Of a DNA stretch of 33,240 nucleotides, positions 7,867 to 17,646 are shown piece after piece. The position numbers and the translations under genes were made by a program. The number at the start of each line of letters is the position of its first letter. Position 1 is the first letter of the stretch. The notes below the pieces were generated by a model. The model made no database searches. It had not been told where the DNA came from and saw only the letters and a program-made list of their open reading frames with translations. Source of the DNA: a virus (Duplodnaviria; Heunggongvirae; Uroviricota; Caudoviricetes); the IMG/VR virus record IMGVR_UViG_2551306674_000008, one strand, 5' to 3'.

Positions 7867-9035
7867 TGGTTTTATTCCAAAATCGAATAATTGGTGCTAA
7901 AGAAGTGAACAAAATTTCAGCGGTGAGCTTATTTACTGGGGCAGGAGGGATGGATGTCGGTTTCTCTAATGCCGGGTTCCGAACAGTTTGGGCCAATGAT
8001 ATAGATAAGGATGCATGTGATACATTTAAGCTTAATCATGAATCACCTGTTTTTTGTGGTGATATTGATGAGATGCTAAGTGAATTGTCTGGGCTGAAAA
8101 ATATAGGTTGTGTTTTTGGTGGGCCTCCATGCCAAGGATTTTCTGTGGCAGGGAAAATGGACGCTCATGATCCACGTAGTAAGCTGGTTATGTCATTCAT
8201 GCGGGCGGTGGATATAATTCAACCAGAATGCTTTGTTATGGAGAATGTTAAGGCTTTAGCACAGTTGTCCAAATTTGAACCAGTTAGGTGTGAACTGTTT
8301 AAGATGGCTGAAAAGTCAGGCTATCGTTCAGCCTTGCTGGTGCTGAATTCTAAAGATTTTGGCGTTCCTCAGAATAGGGAACGTATGTTTTTTATAGGGT
8401 TTCGTTCCGAAAATGATGTGAAACGAGTTGAGGTGGCGATAAAAAAATACCAATATCTTTCGCCCACAGTTGGTGAGATTATTCGGCCTTTAGGGCGAGC
8501 GGGTAATCCAAACAATTCAAGAGTCTGTAATGCAAGGATTACAAATGCTGCTAAGCCAGTATTACGGAAGTCACCTTACGCGGGAATGATGTTTAACGGG
8601 CAGGGAAGACCAATTAACCCGAATGGGTATGCTTCAACTATAGCTGCTTCTATGGGGGGGAATAGGACACCAATTATTGATGAAGAACACCTTTATGATG
8701 GCTCAACAAGTTATGTTGAGACTTATCATAATCATCTAATGAATGGTGGTGAGCCAAAAGATATGCACGATGTACCTAGTCGTTTACGTCGACTAACGAT
8801 AGATGAGGCTCTTTTGATTCAAACATTCCCGAGTAATTATGTCTTTGTGGGGAAAAATTCGTCAATTTGGCGTCAGATAGGGAATGCTGTGCCTTGTAAA
8901 TTGGCGCAGGCTGTTGCTGCAGGGGTTTTGGATGTCCTTACTGGTAAAACTATTAATGTTCAAAAGAGTCAAACAGAGTTGAGTTTGAATTCGAAAAACG
9001 GATCACATTTTCAAACCGATGGATGCAGAATTTAA
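7842..9035 (+). CDS. DNA (cytosine-5)-methyltransferase
   Basis: Motif I LFTGAGGMDVGF, motif IV GGPPCQGFS, motif VI FVMENV, motif VIII QNRERMFFIGF, motif X GNAVP; TTG start at 7842 with AAGGTG 5 nt upstream (start uncertain; in-frame TTG 7866 and GTG 7905 also possible). Confidence 0.9.
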   Translation: MCVDPYLSLVLFQNRIIGAKEVNKISAVSLFTGAGGMDVGFSNAGFRTVWANDIDKDACDTFKLNHESPVFCGDIDEMLSELSGLKNIGCVFGGPPCQGFSVAGKMDAHDPRSKLVMSFMRAVDIIQPECFVMENVKALAQLSKFEPVRCELFKMAEKSGYRSALLVLNSKDFGVPQNRERMFFIGFRSENDVKRVEVAIKKYQYLSPTVGEIIRPLGRAGNPNNSRVCNARITNAAKPVLRKSPYAGMMFNGQGRPINPNGYASTIAASMGGNRTPIIDEEHLYDGSTSYVETYHNHLMNGGEPKDMHDVPSRLRRLTIDEALLIQTFPSNYVFVGKNSSIWRQIGNAVPCKLAQAVAAGVLDVLTGKTINVQKSQTELSLNSKNGSHFQTDGCRI

Positions 9036-9152
9036 CATTGCTGCATGAGTTTGCATCTTGAAATCATAAGTTGTACTGCTTGGCTTGACCAGAATTGATG
9101 TGGGTAAGAAGTGGTTATGCACCCGCATTAAAACCGCCCCATTAAGCGGGCG

Positions 9153-9171
9153 GGCGAGGCGGGGAAAGCAC
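9153..9171. other. cos site (19-nt cohesive-end sequence GGCGAGGCGGGGAAAGCAC), uncleaved in the prophage
   Basis: Exact match to the P2 cohesive-end sequence as I remember it, in the expected position upstream of the Q/P packaging genes. Confidence 0.7.
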
Positions 9172-9313
9172 TGCGCGCTGGCGGTGGTGCTGATTTTATT
9201 TTTTCGGCGTCTCAGCGCGTCGTGATGGCGTTTAGATTGTGTGCCGGGGCGTCGGTGTGTCTGCGGGCTGTTTTGCGTGGAGGTGAGCGTGTGAGGGCGT
9301 GATGACGGGGTGT

Positions 9314-9335
9314 AAAAAAGCCGCCCGCAGGCGGC
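9314..9335 (-). terminator. rho-independent terminator after Q
   Basis: GCCGCC-CGCA-GGCGGC hairpin followed on the minus strand by a run of six U, immediately downstream of the Q stop at 9341. Confidence 0.7.
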
Positions 9336-9340
9336 GATGT

Positions 9341-10375
9341 TCAGCCGTTGTCAGTGTCCAGTGAGTAGTTTTTAAAGCGGATGACCTCCTGACCGAGCCA
9401 GCCGTTTATCTCGCGGATCCTGTCCTGTAGCGGGATAAGCTCATTGCGGACAAAGACCTTTGCCACTTTCTCAATATCACCCAACGACCCGACGTTCTCC
9501 GGCTTGCCGCCCATCAACTGAAAGGGGATGCGGTGCGCGTCCAGCAGGTCAGCGGCGCTGGCTTTTTTGATATTAAAAAAATCGTCCTTCGTTGCCACTT
9601 CACTGAGCGGGATAATTTTAATGCCGTCGGCTTTCCCCTGCGGGGCATAGAGAAACAGATTTTTAAAGTTGTTGCGGCCTTTCGACTTCACCATGTTTTC
9701 GCGAAGCATTTCGATATCGTTGCGATCCTGCACGGCATCAGTGACGTACATGATGTATCCGGCATGTGCGCCGTTTTCGTAATACTTGCGGCGAAACAGC
9801 GTGGCCGACTCATTCAGCCAGGCAGAATTAAGGGCGCTGAGATATTCCGGCAGGCCGTACAGCTCCTGATTAATATCCGGCTCCAGCAGGTGAAACACGG
9901 AGCCGGGCGTGAAGGCTGTCGGCTCGTTGAAGGACGGCACCCACCAGTAAACATCCTCTTCCACACCACGGCGGGTATATTTTGCCGGTGAGGTTTCCAG
10001 TCTGATGACCTTACCGGTGGTGCTGTATCGCTTTTCCAGAAACGCATTACCGAACACCAGAAAATCCAGCACAAAGCGGCTGAAATCCTGTTGCGAAAGC
10101 CACGGGTGCGGGATAAACGTTGAAGCCAGAATATTGCGTTTGACGTAAATCGGTGAGCTGTGATGCACGGCAGCACGCAGGCTTTTTGCCAGACCGGTAA
10201 AGCTGACCGGTGGCTCATACCATCTGCCGTTACTGATACACTCGACGTAATCCAGAATGTCACGGCGGTCGAGTACCGGCACCGGCTCACCAAAGGTGAA
10301 TGCCTCCATTTTCGGGGCGCTGGCGGTCATTGTTTTTGCCGCAGGTTGCGGTGTTTTCCCTTTTTTCTTGCTCAT
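9341..10375 (-). CDS. Q: portal protein Q (344 aa)
   Basis: 344 aa, same as P2 gpQ; upstream of and translationally coupled to the terminase large subunit. Confidence 0.9.
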   Translation of the reverse strand: MSKKKGKTPQPAAKTMTASAPKMEAFTFGEPVPVLDRRDILDYVECISNGRWYEPPVSFTGLAKSLRAAVHHSSPIYVKRNILASTFIPHPWLSQQDFSRFVLDFLVFGNAFLEKRYSTTGKVIRLETSPAKYTRRGVEEDVYWWVPSFNEPTAFTPGSVFHLLEPDINQELYGLPEYLSALNSAWLNESATLFRRKYYENGAHAGYIMYVTDAVQDRNDIEMLRENMVKSKGRNNFKNLFLYAPQGKADGIKIIPLSEVATKDDFFNIKKASAADLLDAHRIPFQLMGGKPENVGSLGDIEKVAKVFVRNELIPLQDRIREINGWLGQEVIRFKNYSLDTDNG

Positions 10376-12147
10376 CAGTAAAACTCCAGAATGGTGGATG
10401 TCAGCGGGGTGCTGATACCGGCGGTGAGTGGCTCATTTAACAGGGCGTGCATGGTCGCCCAGGCGAGGTCGGCGTGGCTGGCTTCCTCGCTGCGGCTGGC
10501 CTCATAGGTGGCGCTGCGTCCGCTGCTGGTCATGGTCTTGCGGATAGCCATAAACGAGCTGGTGATGTCGGTGGCGCTGACGTCGTATTCCAGACAGCCA
10601 CGGCGGATAACGTCTTTTGCCTTGAGCACCATTGCGGTTTTCATTTCCGGCGTGTAGCGGATATCACGCGCGGCGGGATAGAACGAGCGCACGAGCTGGA
10701 ACACGCCGACACCGAGGCCGGTGGCATCAATTCCGATGTATTCGACGTTGTATTTTCCGGTGAGTTTGCGGATGGATTCAGCCTGGGTGGCAAAGTCCAT
10801 GCCTTTCCACTGGTGACGCTCAAGTATTCTGAATTTGCCACCGGCCACCACCGGCGGTGCCAGTACCACGCATCCGGCGCTGTCGCCACGGTGTGACGGG
10901 TCGTAACCAATCCATACCGGGCGGGAGCCGAACGGATTTGCGGCAAACGGCGCATAGTCTTCCCATTCTTCCAGCGTGTCGACCATGCAGCGTTGCAGCT
11001 CCTCGAACGGGAACACCGACGCCTTGTCGTCAACAAATTCACACATGAACAGGTTTTTAAAATCGTCGGCGCTGTTTTCGCGTTTGAGCTGCTCAATGTC
11101 GAACAGCGTGCAGCCGCCTTTCAGGGCGTCCTCAATGGTGACAATCTGCCGCCACTGGCCGTCCGCACAGAGAAGACCTCCGGCAAGGGCGTTATGACTG
11201 ACGTCGATTTCCACGCGTTCGGCGGCGCTGGCGCGTCCCCGGTTAAACAGTTCACCCGACCAGAACGGGTAGGCGTCGTGCGCCAGCGTGGACGGGGTGG
11301 AGAAATAGGTCGAGCGCAGGTGACTCTGTGAGGCCATACCTGATGCCACCTTACGCAGTACCTGAAAATTCGGGATCCAGAAAATCTCGTCGACGTACAG
11401 GTCGCCGTTATGGCTCTGCGCGGTGTTGGAGTTGGTGCCGAGAAAAATCAGTTTTGCGCCGTTATTGCCCAGGACAATCGGGTCACCGGTCAGGTCAACG
11501 TCAACCAGCCGGGCAAAGGCGATGATGTATTCGCGGAACACATACGCCTGCGTTTTACTGGCTGACAGAAAAATCTGGTTATGGCCGGTTTTCAGGGCGC
11601 GCAGCAGCGCCTCGCGGGAAAAATAAAACGTCGCGCCAATCTGGCGGGATTTCAGGATATCGCGGATGCGGTGCTCAAGCCCGGCGCGATACCAGTGCAA
11701 CTGATATTCGAAAGACTGCTCAAAGAAAATCTGCTCCAGCTTTTCGATGGCCTCGTCACTGAAAAAATTCTTTTTCGGTTTGCGACGCCCGCCTTTGTTG
11801 CGGTTAGCGACGTTCGGATTAAGGTCTGCCTCGTTGCCGGTCTGACTGTAGCGGTTGACCCGTGCCAGTCGTTCAATCTGGCGTCCGAGCAGGTCAATTT
11901 CCTTGAAGTCACCGCCGGTTTTCTGCGGTTTGATGATGAGCTGGGTCAGTCGCGCTTCCAGACTCATTTCGACACGGCTGATGGGGGCAACGCTGTCCCA
12001 GCCGTCGCGCTGTTTCCAGCTCTGCACCGTCGGGCGTTTCATCTGCAACATGGCGGCAATCTGCGGCACGGAAAACCCCTGCCAGTACAGCAGCGCCGCC
12101 TGACGACGCGGGTCGTGTAAAAGAGTGGTGTCTGTGGTGATGGTCAT
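10375..12147 (-). CDS. P: terminase large (ATPase) subunit P (590 aa)
   Basis: ATG at 12147 with GAGG RBS gives 590 aa, the P2 gpP length (track ORF extends to 12177); N-terminus MTITTDTTLL. Confidence 0.9.
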   Translation of the reverse strand: MTITTDTTLLHDPRRQAALLYWQGFSVPQIAAMLQMKRPTVQSWKQRDGWDSVAPISRVEMSLEARLTQLIIKPQKTGGDFKEIDLLGRQIERLARVNRYSQTGNEADLNPNVANRNKGGRRKPKKNFFSDEAIEKLEQIFFEQSFEYQLHWYRAGLEHRIRDILKSRQIGATFYFSREALLRALKTGHNQIFLSASKTQAYVFREYIIAFARLVDVDLTGDPIVLGNNGAKLIFLGTNSNTAQSHNGDLYVDEIFWIPNFQVLRKVASGMASQSHLRSTYFSTPSTLAHDAYPFWSGELFNRGRASAAERVEIDVSHNALAGGLLCADGQWRQIVTIEDALKGGCTLFDIEQLKRENSADDFKNLFMCEFVDDKASVFPFEELQRCMVDTLEEWEDYAPFAANPFGSRPVWIGYDPSHRGDSAGCVVLAPPVVAGGKFRILERHQWKGMDFATQAESIRKLTGKYNVEYIGIDATGLGVGVFQLVRSFYPAARDIRYTPEMKTAMVLKAKDVIRRGCLEYDVSATDITSSFMAIRKTMTSSGRSATYEASRSEEASHADLAWATMHALLNEPLTAGISTPLTSTILEFY

Positions 12148-12320
12148 GAATACCTCGCCGTGATGAATACACGGCAAGGCTACTGAGTCGCGCCCTGCGA
12201 TTCGCTAAGGTGCTGTTGTGTCAGTGATAAGCCATCCGGGACTGATGGCGGAGGATGCGCATCGTCGGGAAACTGATGCCGACATGTGACTCCTCTAATC
12301 ACTATTCAGGACTCCTGACA
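12148..12320. promoter_or_regulatory. divergent late promoter region between P and O
   Basis: Intergenic region between the divergently transcribed P and O starts, where P2 has its Ogr-dependent late promoters; I could not find an exact TGT-N12-ACA dyad by eye. Confidence 0.4.
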
Positions 12321-13175
12321 ATGGCAAAAAAAGTCTCAAAATTCTTTCGTATCGGCGTTGAGGGTGACACCTGTGACGGGCGTGTCATCAGTGCGCAGGA
12401 TATTCAGGAAATGGCCGAAACCTTTGACCCGCGAGTCTATGGTTGCCGCATTAACCTGGAACATCTGCGCGGCATCCTGCCTGACGGTATTTTTAAGCGT
12501 TATGGCGATGTGGCCGAACTGAAGGCCGAAAAGATTGACGATGATTCGGCGCTGAAAGGCAAATGGGCGCTGTTTGCGAAAATCACCCCGACCGATGACC
12601 TTATCGCGATGAACAAGGCCGCGCAGAAGGTCTACACCTCAATGGAAATTCAGCCGAACTTTGCCAACACCGGCAAATGTTATCTGGTGGGGCTGGCCGT
12701 CACCGATGACCCGGCAAGCCTCGGCACGGAATACCTGGAATTCTGCCGCACGGCAAAACACAACCCCCTGAACCGCTTCAAATTAAGCCCTGAAAACCTG
12801 ATTTCAGTGGCAACGCCTGTTGAGCTGGAATTTGAAGACCTGCCTGAAACCGTGTTCACCGCCCTGACCGAAAAGGTGAAATCCATTTTTGGCCGCAAAC
12901 AGGCCAGCGATGACGCCCGTCTGAATGACGTGCATGAAGCGGTGACCGCTGTTGCTGAACATGTGCAGGAAAAACTGAGCGCCACTGAGCAGCGCCTCGC
13001 TGAGATGGAAACCGCTTTTTCCGCACTTAAGCAGGAGGTGACTGACAGAGCGGATGAAACCAGCCAGGCATTCACCCGCCTGAAAAACAGTCTCGACCAC
13101 ACCGAAAGTCTGACCCAGCAGCGCCGCAGCAAGGCCACCGGCGGTGGCGGTGACGCCCTGATGACGAACTGCTGA
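12321..13175 (+). CDS. O: capsid scaffolding protein O (284 aa)
   Basis: ATG at 12321 gives 284 aa, the P2 gpO length; coiled-coil-like C-terminal half; precedes the major capsid gene. Confidence 0.85.
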   Translation: MAKKVSKFFRIGVEGDTCDGRVISAQDIQEMAETFDPRVYGCRINLEHLRGILPDGIFKRYGDVAELKAEKIDDDSALKGKWALFAKITPTDDLIAMNKAAQKVYTSMEIQPNFANTGKCYLVGLAVTDDPASLGTEYLEFCRTAKHNPLNRFKLSPENLISVATPVELEFEDLPETVFTALTEKVKSIFGRKQASDDARLNDVHEAVTAVAEHVQEKLSATEQRLAEMETAFSALKQEVTDRADETSQAFTRLKNSLDHTESLTQQRRSKATGGGGDALMTNC

Positions 13176-13233
13176 CCGGTGTCAGTCAGTCCGGGAAAAC
13201 CTTCACGATTAACCCTTAATTTCAGGAAAAACT

Positions 13234-14307
13234 ATGCGCCAGGAAACCCGCTTTAAATTTAATGCCTACCTGTCCCGTGTTGCCGAACTGAACGGCATCG
13301 ACGCCGGTGATGTGTCGAAAAAATTCACCGTTGAACCGTCGGTCACCCAGACCCTGATGAACACCATGCAGGAGTCCTCTGACTTTCTGACCCGCATCAA
13401 CATTGTGCCGGTCAGCGAAATGAAAGGGGAAAAAATTGGTATTGGTGTCACCGGCTCCATCGCCAGCACCACCGACACCGCCGGTGGCACCGAGCGTCAG
13501 CCGAAGGACTTCTCGAAGCTGGCGTCAAACAAGTACGAATGCGACCAGATTAACTTCGATTTTTATATCCGCTACAAAACGCTGGACCTGTGGGCGCGTT
13601 ATCAGGATTTCCAGCTCCGTATCCGTAACGCCATTATCAAACGCCAGTCCCTTGATTTCATCATGGCCGGTTTTAACGGCGTGACGCGTGCCGAAACCTC
13701 TGACCGCAGCAGCAATCCGATGCTGCAGGATGTGGCGGTCGGCTGGCTGCAGAAATACCGCAATGAAGCCCCGGCGCGCGTGATGAGCAAGGTCACTGAC
13801 GAGGAAGGGCACACCACCTCTGAGGTCATCCGCGTGGGTAAGGGCGGTGATTATGCCAGCCTTGATGCACTGGTGATGGATGCGACCAACAACCTGATTG
13901 AACCGTGGTATCAGGAAGACCCTGACCTTGTGGTGATTGTGGGGCGTCAGCTACTGGCGGACAAGTATTTTCCCATCGTCAACAAGGAGCAGGACAACAG
14001 CGAAATGCTGGCCGCTGACGTCATCATCAGCCAGAAACGCATCGGCAACCTGCCAGCGGTACGCGTCCCGTACTTCCCGGCGGATGCGATGCTCATCACG
14101 AAGCTGGAAAACCTGTCCATCTACTACATGGATGACAGCCATCGCCGCGTGATTGAGGAAAACCCGAAACTCGACCGCGTGGAGAACTACGAGTCAATGA
14201 ACATTGATTACGTGGTGGAGGACTACGCCGCCGGTTGTCTGGTGGAAAAAATTAAGGTCGGTGATTTCTCCACACCGGCTAAAGCGACCGCAGAGCCGGG
14301 AGCGTAA
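13234..14307 (+). CDS. N: major capsid protein N (357 aa)
   Basis: 357 aa as in P2 gpN; position between scaffold and small terminase. Confidence 0.9.
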   Translation: MRQETRFKFNAYLSRVAELNGIDAGDVSKKFTVEPSVTQTLMNTMQESSDFLTRINIVPVSEMKGEKIGIGVTGSIASTTDTAGGTERQPKDFSKLASNKYECDQINFDFYIRYKTLDLWARYQDFQLRIRNAIIKRQSLDFIMAGFNGVTRAETSDRSSNPMLQDVAVGWLQKYRNEAPARVMSKVTDEEGHTTSEVIRVGKGGDYASLDALVMDATNNLIEPWYQEDPDLVVIVGRQLLADKYFPIVNKEQDNSEMLAADVIISQKRIGNLPAVRVPYFPADAMLITKLENLSIYYMDDSHRRVIEENPKLDRVENYESMNIDYVVEDYAAGCLVEKIKVGDFSTPAKATAEPGA

Positions 14308-14310
14308 CCG

Positions 14311-15054
14311 ATGACGAGTCCCGCACAGCGCCACATGATGCGGGTCTCGGCAGCGATGACCGCGCAGAGGGACGCCGCCCCGCTGCGACATGCAACTGTC
14401 TATGAGCAGATGCTGGTTAAGCTCGCCGCAGACCAGCGCACACTGAAAGCAATTTATTCAAAAGAGCTTAAGGCCGCGAAAAAGCGCGAACTGCTGCCGT
14501 TCTGGTTGCCGTGGGTGAACGGTGTGCTGGAGCAGGGCAAAGGTGCACAGGATGACATTCTGATGACGGTCATGCTGTGGCGTCTGGATACCGGCGATAT
14601 TGCCGGTGCGCTGGAGATTGCCCGTTATGCCCTGAAGTACGGTCTGACCATGCCGGGTAAACACCGCCGTACCCCGCCGTACATGTTCACCGAGGAGGTG
14701 GCGCTTGCGGCCATGCGCGCTCACGCTGCCGGTGAATCCGTGGAACCCCGCCTGCTGACGGAGACCCTTGAACTGACCGCCACGGCAGACATGCCTGATG
14801 AAGTGCGCGCAAAGCTGCACAAAATCACCGGTCTGTTTCTGCGTGACGCTGGTGATGCCGCAGGGGCACTGGCGCACCTGCAACGTGCGACACAGCTCGA
14901 CTGTCAGGCAGGCGTCAAAAAAGAGATTGAACGACTGGAGCGGGAGCTGAAACCGAAGCCGGAGCCGCAGCCAAAAGCGGCCACCCGCGCCCCGCGTAAG
15001 ACCCGGAGTGCGACACCGGCAAAACGTGGACGCCCGAAAAAGAAAGCCAGTTAA
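14311..15054 (+). CDS. M: terminase small (endonuclease) subunit M (247 aa)
   Basis: 247 aa as in P2 gpM; basic lysine/arginine-rich C-terminus. Confidence 0.85.
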   Translation: MTSPAQRHMMRVSAAMTAQRDAAPLRHATVYEQMLVKLAADQRTLKAIYSKELKAAKKRELLPFWLPWVNGVLEQGKGAQDDILMTVMLWRLDTGDIAGALEIARYALKYGLTMPGKHRRTPPYMFTEEVALAAMRAHAAGESVEPRLLTETLELTATADMPDEVRAKLHKITGLFLRDAGDAAGALAHLQRATQLDCQAGVKKEIERLERELKPKPEPQPKAATRAPRKTRSATPAKRGRPKKKAS

Positions 15055-15153
15055 CAACCGAATGCGCCCCGCGCCAGGGCGGCACGCCGGTCAGTGAGGG
15101 TGAATCATCTGACACTGCACCGGCGTCCACCGCCCGACTTTTCAGAGGTAGTC

Positions 15154-15663
15154 ATGATGACGCTGATTATTCCGCGAAAGGAGGCTCCCGTGTCCGGTGA
15201 GGGTACGGTGGTCATCCCGCAACCGGCAGGCGACGAGCCGGTGATTAAAAACACGTTCTTTTTTCCCGATATCGACCCGAAGCGCGTCCGGGAACGTATG
15301 CGCCTTGAGCAGACTGTCGCCCCCGCCCGTCTGCGTGAGGCCATCAAGTCAGGCATGGCGGAGACGAATGCGGAGCTGTACGAGTACCGCGAACAGAAAA
15401 TTGCCGCCGGTTTTACGCGTCTGGCGGACGTCCCGGCGGACGACATCGACGGTGAAAGCATCAAAGTTTTTTACTACGAGCGCGCCGTGTGCGCGATGGC
15501 GACCGCATCGCTTTATGAGCGTTATCGCGGCGTGGATGCCAGTGCGAAAGGCGACAAGAAGGCCGACAGCATTGACAGCACCATTGATGAGCTGTGGCGG
15601 GATATGCGCTGGGCGGTGGCGCGCATCCAGGACAAGCCGCGCTGCATCGTGAGTCAAATCTAA
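15154..15663 (+). CDS. L: head completion/stabilisation protein L (169 aa)
   Basis: ATG at 15154 with AGAGG RBS gives 169 aa, the P2 gpL length (track ORF starts at 15094). Confidence 0.85.
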   Translation: MMTLIIPRKEAPVSGEGTVVIPQPAGDEPVIKNTFFFPDIDPKRVRERMRLEQTVAPARLREAIKSGMAETNAELYEYREQKIAAGFTRLADVPADDIDGESIKVFYYERAVCAMATASLYERYRGVDASAKGDKKADSIDSTIDELWRDMRWAVARIQDKPRCIVSQI

Positions 15664-15866
15664 TGAAGGCCTTTGCGCTACAGGGCGACACGCTCGACGC
15701 CATTTGTGTCCGGTATTACGGGCGCACTGAGGGCGTGGTTGAGGCCGTGCTCGCCGCAAATCCGGGACTGGCTGAACTGGGTGCGGTGCTGCCACACGGC
15801 ACCGCCGTCGAACTGCCCGACGTTCAGACCGCGCCCGTGGCTGAAACTGTCAATCTGTGGGAGTAA
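15663..15866 (+). CDS. X: tail protein X (67 aa)
   Basis: ATG overlapping the L stop (TAATG); 67 aa beginning MKAFALQGDTLDAICVRYYG, as in P2 gpX. Confidence 0.8.
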   Translation: MKAFALQGDTLDAICVRYYGRTEGVVEAVLAANPGLAELGAVLPHGTAVELPDVQTAPVAETVNLWE

Positions 15867-15869
15867 CGC

Positions 15870-16151
15870 ATGACAGCAGAAGAAAAAAGCGTCCTGTCGC
15901 TTTTCATGATTGGGGTGCTGATTGTTGTCGGCAAGGTGCTTGCCGGTGGTGAACCCATCACCCCGCGTCTGTTTATCGGGCGCATGTTGCTCGGTGGTTT
16001 TGTCTCGATGGTTGCCGGTGTTGTTCTGGTGCAGTTTCCTGACCTGTCACTGCCTGCGGTGTGCGGCATTGGCTCCATGCTGGGTATCGCCGGTTATCAG
16101 GTGATTGAGATTGCCATTCAGCGCCGCTTTAAGGGCAGGGGGAAACCGTAA
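15870..16151 (+). CDS. Y: holin Y (93 aa)
   Basis: 93 aa with hydrophobic transmembrane segments; first gene of the lysis cassette. Confidence 0.85.
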   Translation: MTAEEKSVLSLFMIGVLIVVGKVLAGGEPITPRLFIGRMLLGGFVSMVAGVVLVQFPDLSLPAVCGIGSMLGIAGYQVIEIAIQRRFKGRGKP

Positions 16152-16648
16152 TGCCGGTAATTAACACGCACCAGAATATCGCCGCCTTTCTCGACATGCT
16201 GGCCGTGTCCGAAGGGACGGCGAATCATCCGCTGACGAAAAACCGGGGCTATGACGTGATAGTCACCGGACTGGACGGGAAGCCGGAAATTTTCACCGAC
16301 TACAGTGACCACCCGTTCGCGCATGGCCGACCGGCGAAGGTGTTTAACCGTCGCGGTGAAAAATCCACGGCCTCCGGTCGCTATCAGCAGCTTTACCTGT
16401 TCTGGCCGCATTACCGCAAACAGCTTGCCCTGCCGGATTTCAGTCCGTTGTCACAGGACAGACTCGCCATTCAGTTGATCCGCGAACGCGGTGCGCTGGA
16501 TGACATCCGGGCGGGACGTATTGAGCGCGCCATTTCACGCTGTCGCAATATCTGGGCGTCCCTGCCGGGTGCCGGTTACGGTCAGCGTGAGCATTCACTG
16601 GAAAAACTGGTCACCGTCTGGCGTACCGCCGGCGGCGTACCGGCTTAA
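16151..16648 (+). CDS. K: endolysin K (165 aa)
   Basis: 165 aa as in P2 gpK; follows the holin gene with an overlapping start. Confidence 0.85.
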   Translation: MPVINTHQNIAAFLDMLAVSEGTANHPLTKNRGYDVIVTGLDGKPEIFTDYSDHPFAHGRPAKVFNRRGEKSTASGRYQQLYLFWPHYRKQLALPDFSPLSQDRLAIQLIRERGALDDIRAGRIERAISRCRNIWASLPGAGYGQREHSLEKLVTVWRTAGGVPA

Positions 16649-16662
16649 ACGGAGTAAACACC

Positions 16663-17088
16663 ATGAAGAAATTATCCCTTTCACTGATGCTGAATGTGTC
16701 GCTGGCGCTGATGCTGGCACTGTCCCTGATTTACCCGCAGAGCGTGGCCGTCAATTTTGTCGCTGCCTGGGCGATTCTGGCGATGGTTATCTGTGTGGTT
16801 GCCGGTGGTGTCGGCGTGTATGCCACTGAGTATGTGCTGGAACGCTACGGGCGGGAGCTGCCGCCGGAATCGCTGGCCGTGAAGATTGTCACGTCGCTGT
16901 TTTTGCAGCCGGTGCCGTGGCGCAGACGGGCGGTGGGTCTGGTGGTGATGGTGGCGACGTTTATCTCGCTGGTCGCCGCCGGGTGGATTTTTACCGCGCT
17001 GATTTATCTTGTGGCGTCGCTATTTTTCCGGTTGATGCATACGGCCTGCCGCCAGCGTCTTGAGGGGCGGAAACCATGTCAAGGCTGA
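16663..17088 (+). CDS. lysA: lysis regulatory membrane protein LysA (141 aa)
   Basis: 141 aa, multiple hydrophobic helices; same length and position as P2 LysA. Confidence 0.8.
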   Translation: MKKLSLSLMLNVSLALMLALSLIYPQSVAVNFVAAWAILAMVICVVAGGVGVYATEYVLERYGRELPPESLAVKIVTSLFLQPVPWRRRAVGLVVMVATFISLVAAGWIFTALIYLVASLFFRLMHTACRQRLEGRKPCQG

Positions 17089-17501
17089 TGACTGTGCTGG
17101 TCGTGTTGTTATCGCTGGCGTTGGCGGGGCTGTTTCTGGTGAAACACAAAAATGCCAGCCTGCGCGCCTCGCTGGACAGGGCGAACAATGTCGCCAGTGG
17201 GCAGCAGACGACCATCACCATGCTGAAAAATCAGCTTCATGTTGCCCTCACCAGGGCAGACAAAAACGAGCTGGCGCAGGTGGCACTGCGTCAGGAACTG
17301 GAGAACGCCGCGAAACGTGAAGCACAGCGCGAGAAAACCATCACGAGGTTACTGAATGAAAACGAGGATTTTCGCCGCTGGTATGGCGCTGACCTGCCTG
17401 ATGCTGTGCGCCGGTTGCACCAGCGTCCGGCCTGCACTGACGCCAGTGATTGTCGCCAACGCCTGCCCGAAAGTGAGCCTTTGCCCGATGCCGGGCAGTG
17501 A
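17076..17501 (+). CDS. lysB: Rz-like inner-membrane spanin LysB (141 aa)
   Basis: N-terminal TM helix followed by a charged coiled-coil region; 141 aa as in P2 LysB. Confidence 0.8.
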   Translation: MSRLMTVLVVLLSLALAGLFLVKHKNASLRASLDRANNVASGQQTTITMLKNQLHVALTRADKNELAQVALRQELENAAKREAQREKTITRLLNENEDFRRWYGADLPDAVRRLHQRPACTDASDCRQRLPESEPLPDAGQ

Positions 17502-17646
17502 CCCGCAGACGAACGGCGATTTAAGTGCCGATATCCGGCAGCTTGAGAACGCGCTGGCACGCTGTGCCAGCCAGGTAAAAATGATTAAACACTGTCAGGA
17601 TGAAAACGATGCTCAAACCCGACAGCCTGCGCAGGGCGCTGACTGA
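17356..17646 (+). CDS. lysC: Rz1-like outer-membrane lipoprotein spanin LysC (96 aa)
   Basis: Embedded in another frame within the 3' end of lysB; signal peptide with lipobox LCAGC; proline-rich; 96 aa as in P2 LysC. Confidence 0.75.
   Translation: MKTRIFAAGMALTCLMLCAGCTSVRPALTPVIVANACPKVSLCPMPGSDPQTNGDLSADIRQLENALARCASQVKMIKHCQDENDAQTRQPAQGAD

Noticed and set aside
7941-7953. Strong GGAGGG followed by ATG at about 7951 as the methyltransferase start
   Set aside because: The GGAGGG encodes the GAGG of motif I (FTGAGGMDVGF); starting at this ATG would delete the AdoMet-binding motif.
9533-12172. Numerous antisense or out-of-frame ORFs overlapping Q and P (for example 9533-9991, 9814-10293, 10447-10896, 10641-11096, 11581-12120)
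   Set aside because: They lie inside well-supported, GC-rich phage structural genes, lack RBS, and have arginine/proline-rich low-complexity translations typical of shadow frames.
12148-12320. Explicit Ogr-binding dyads (TGT-N12-ACA) for the late promoters, here and upstream of V and FI
   Set aside because: I could not find exact matches by eye (nearest is TGT-N12-ACC at about 18523-18540, badly placed relative to the V start), so only a generic promoter region is annotated; a position-weight-matrix scan would be needed.
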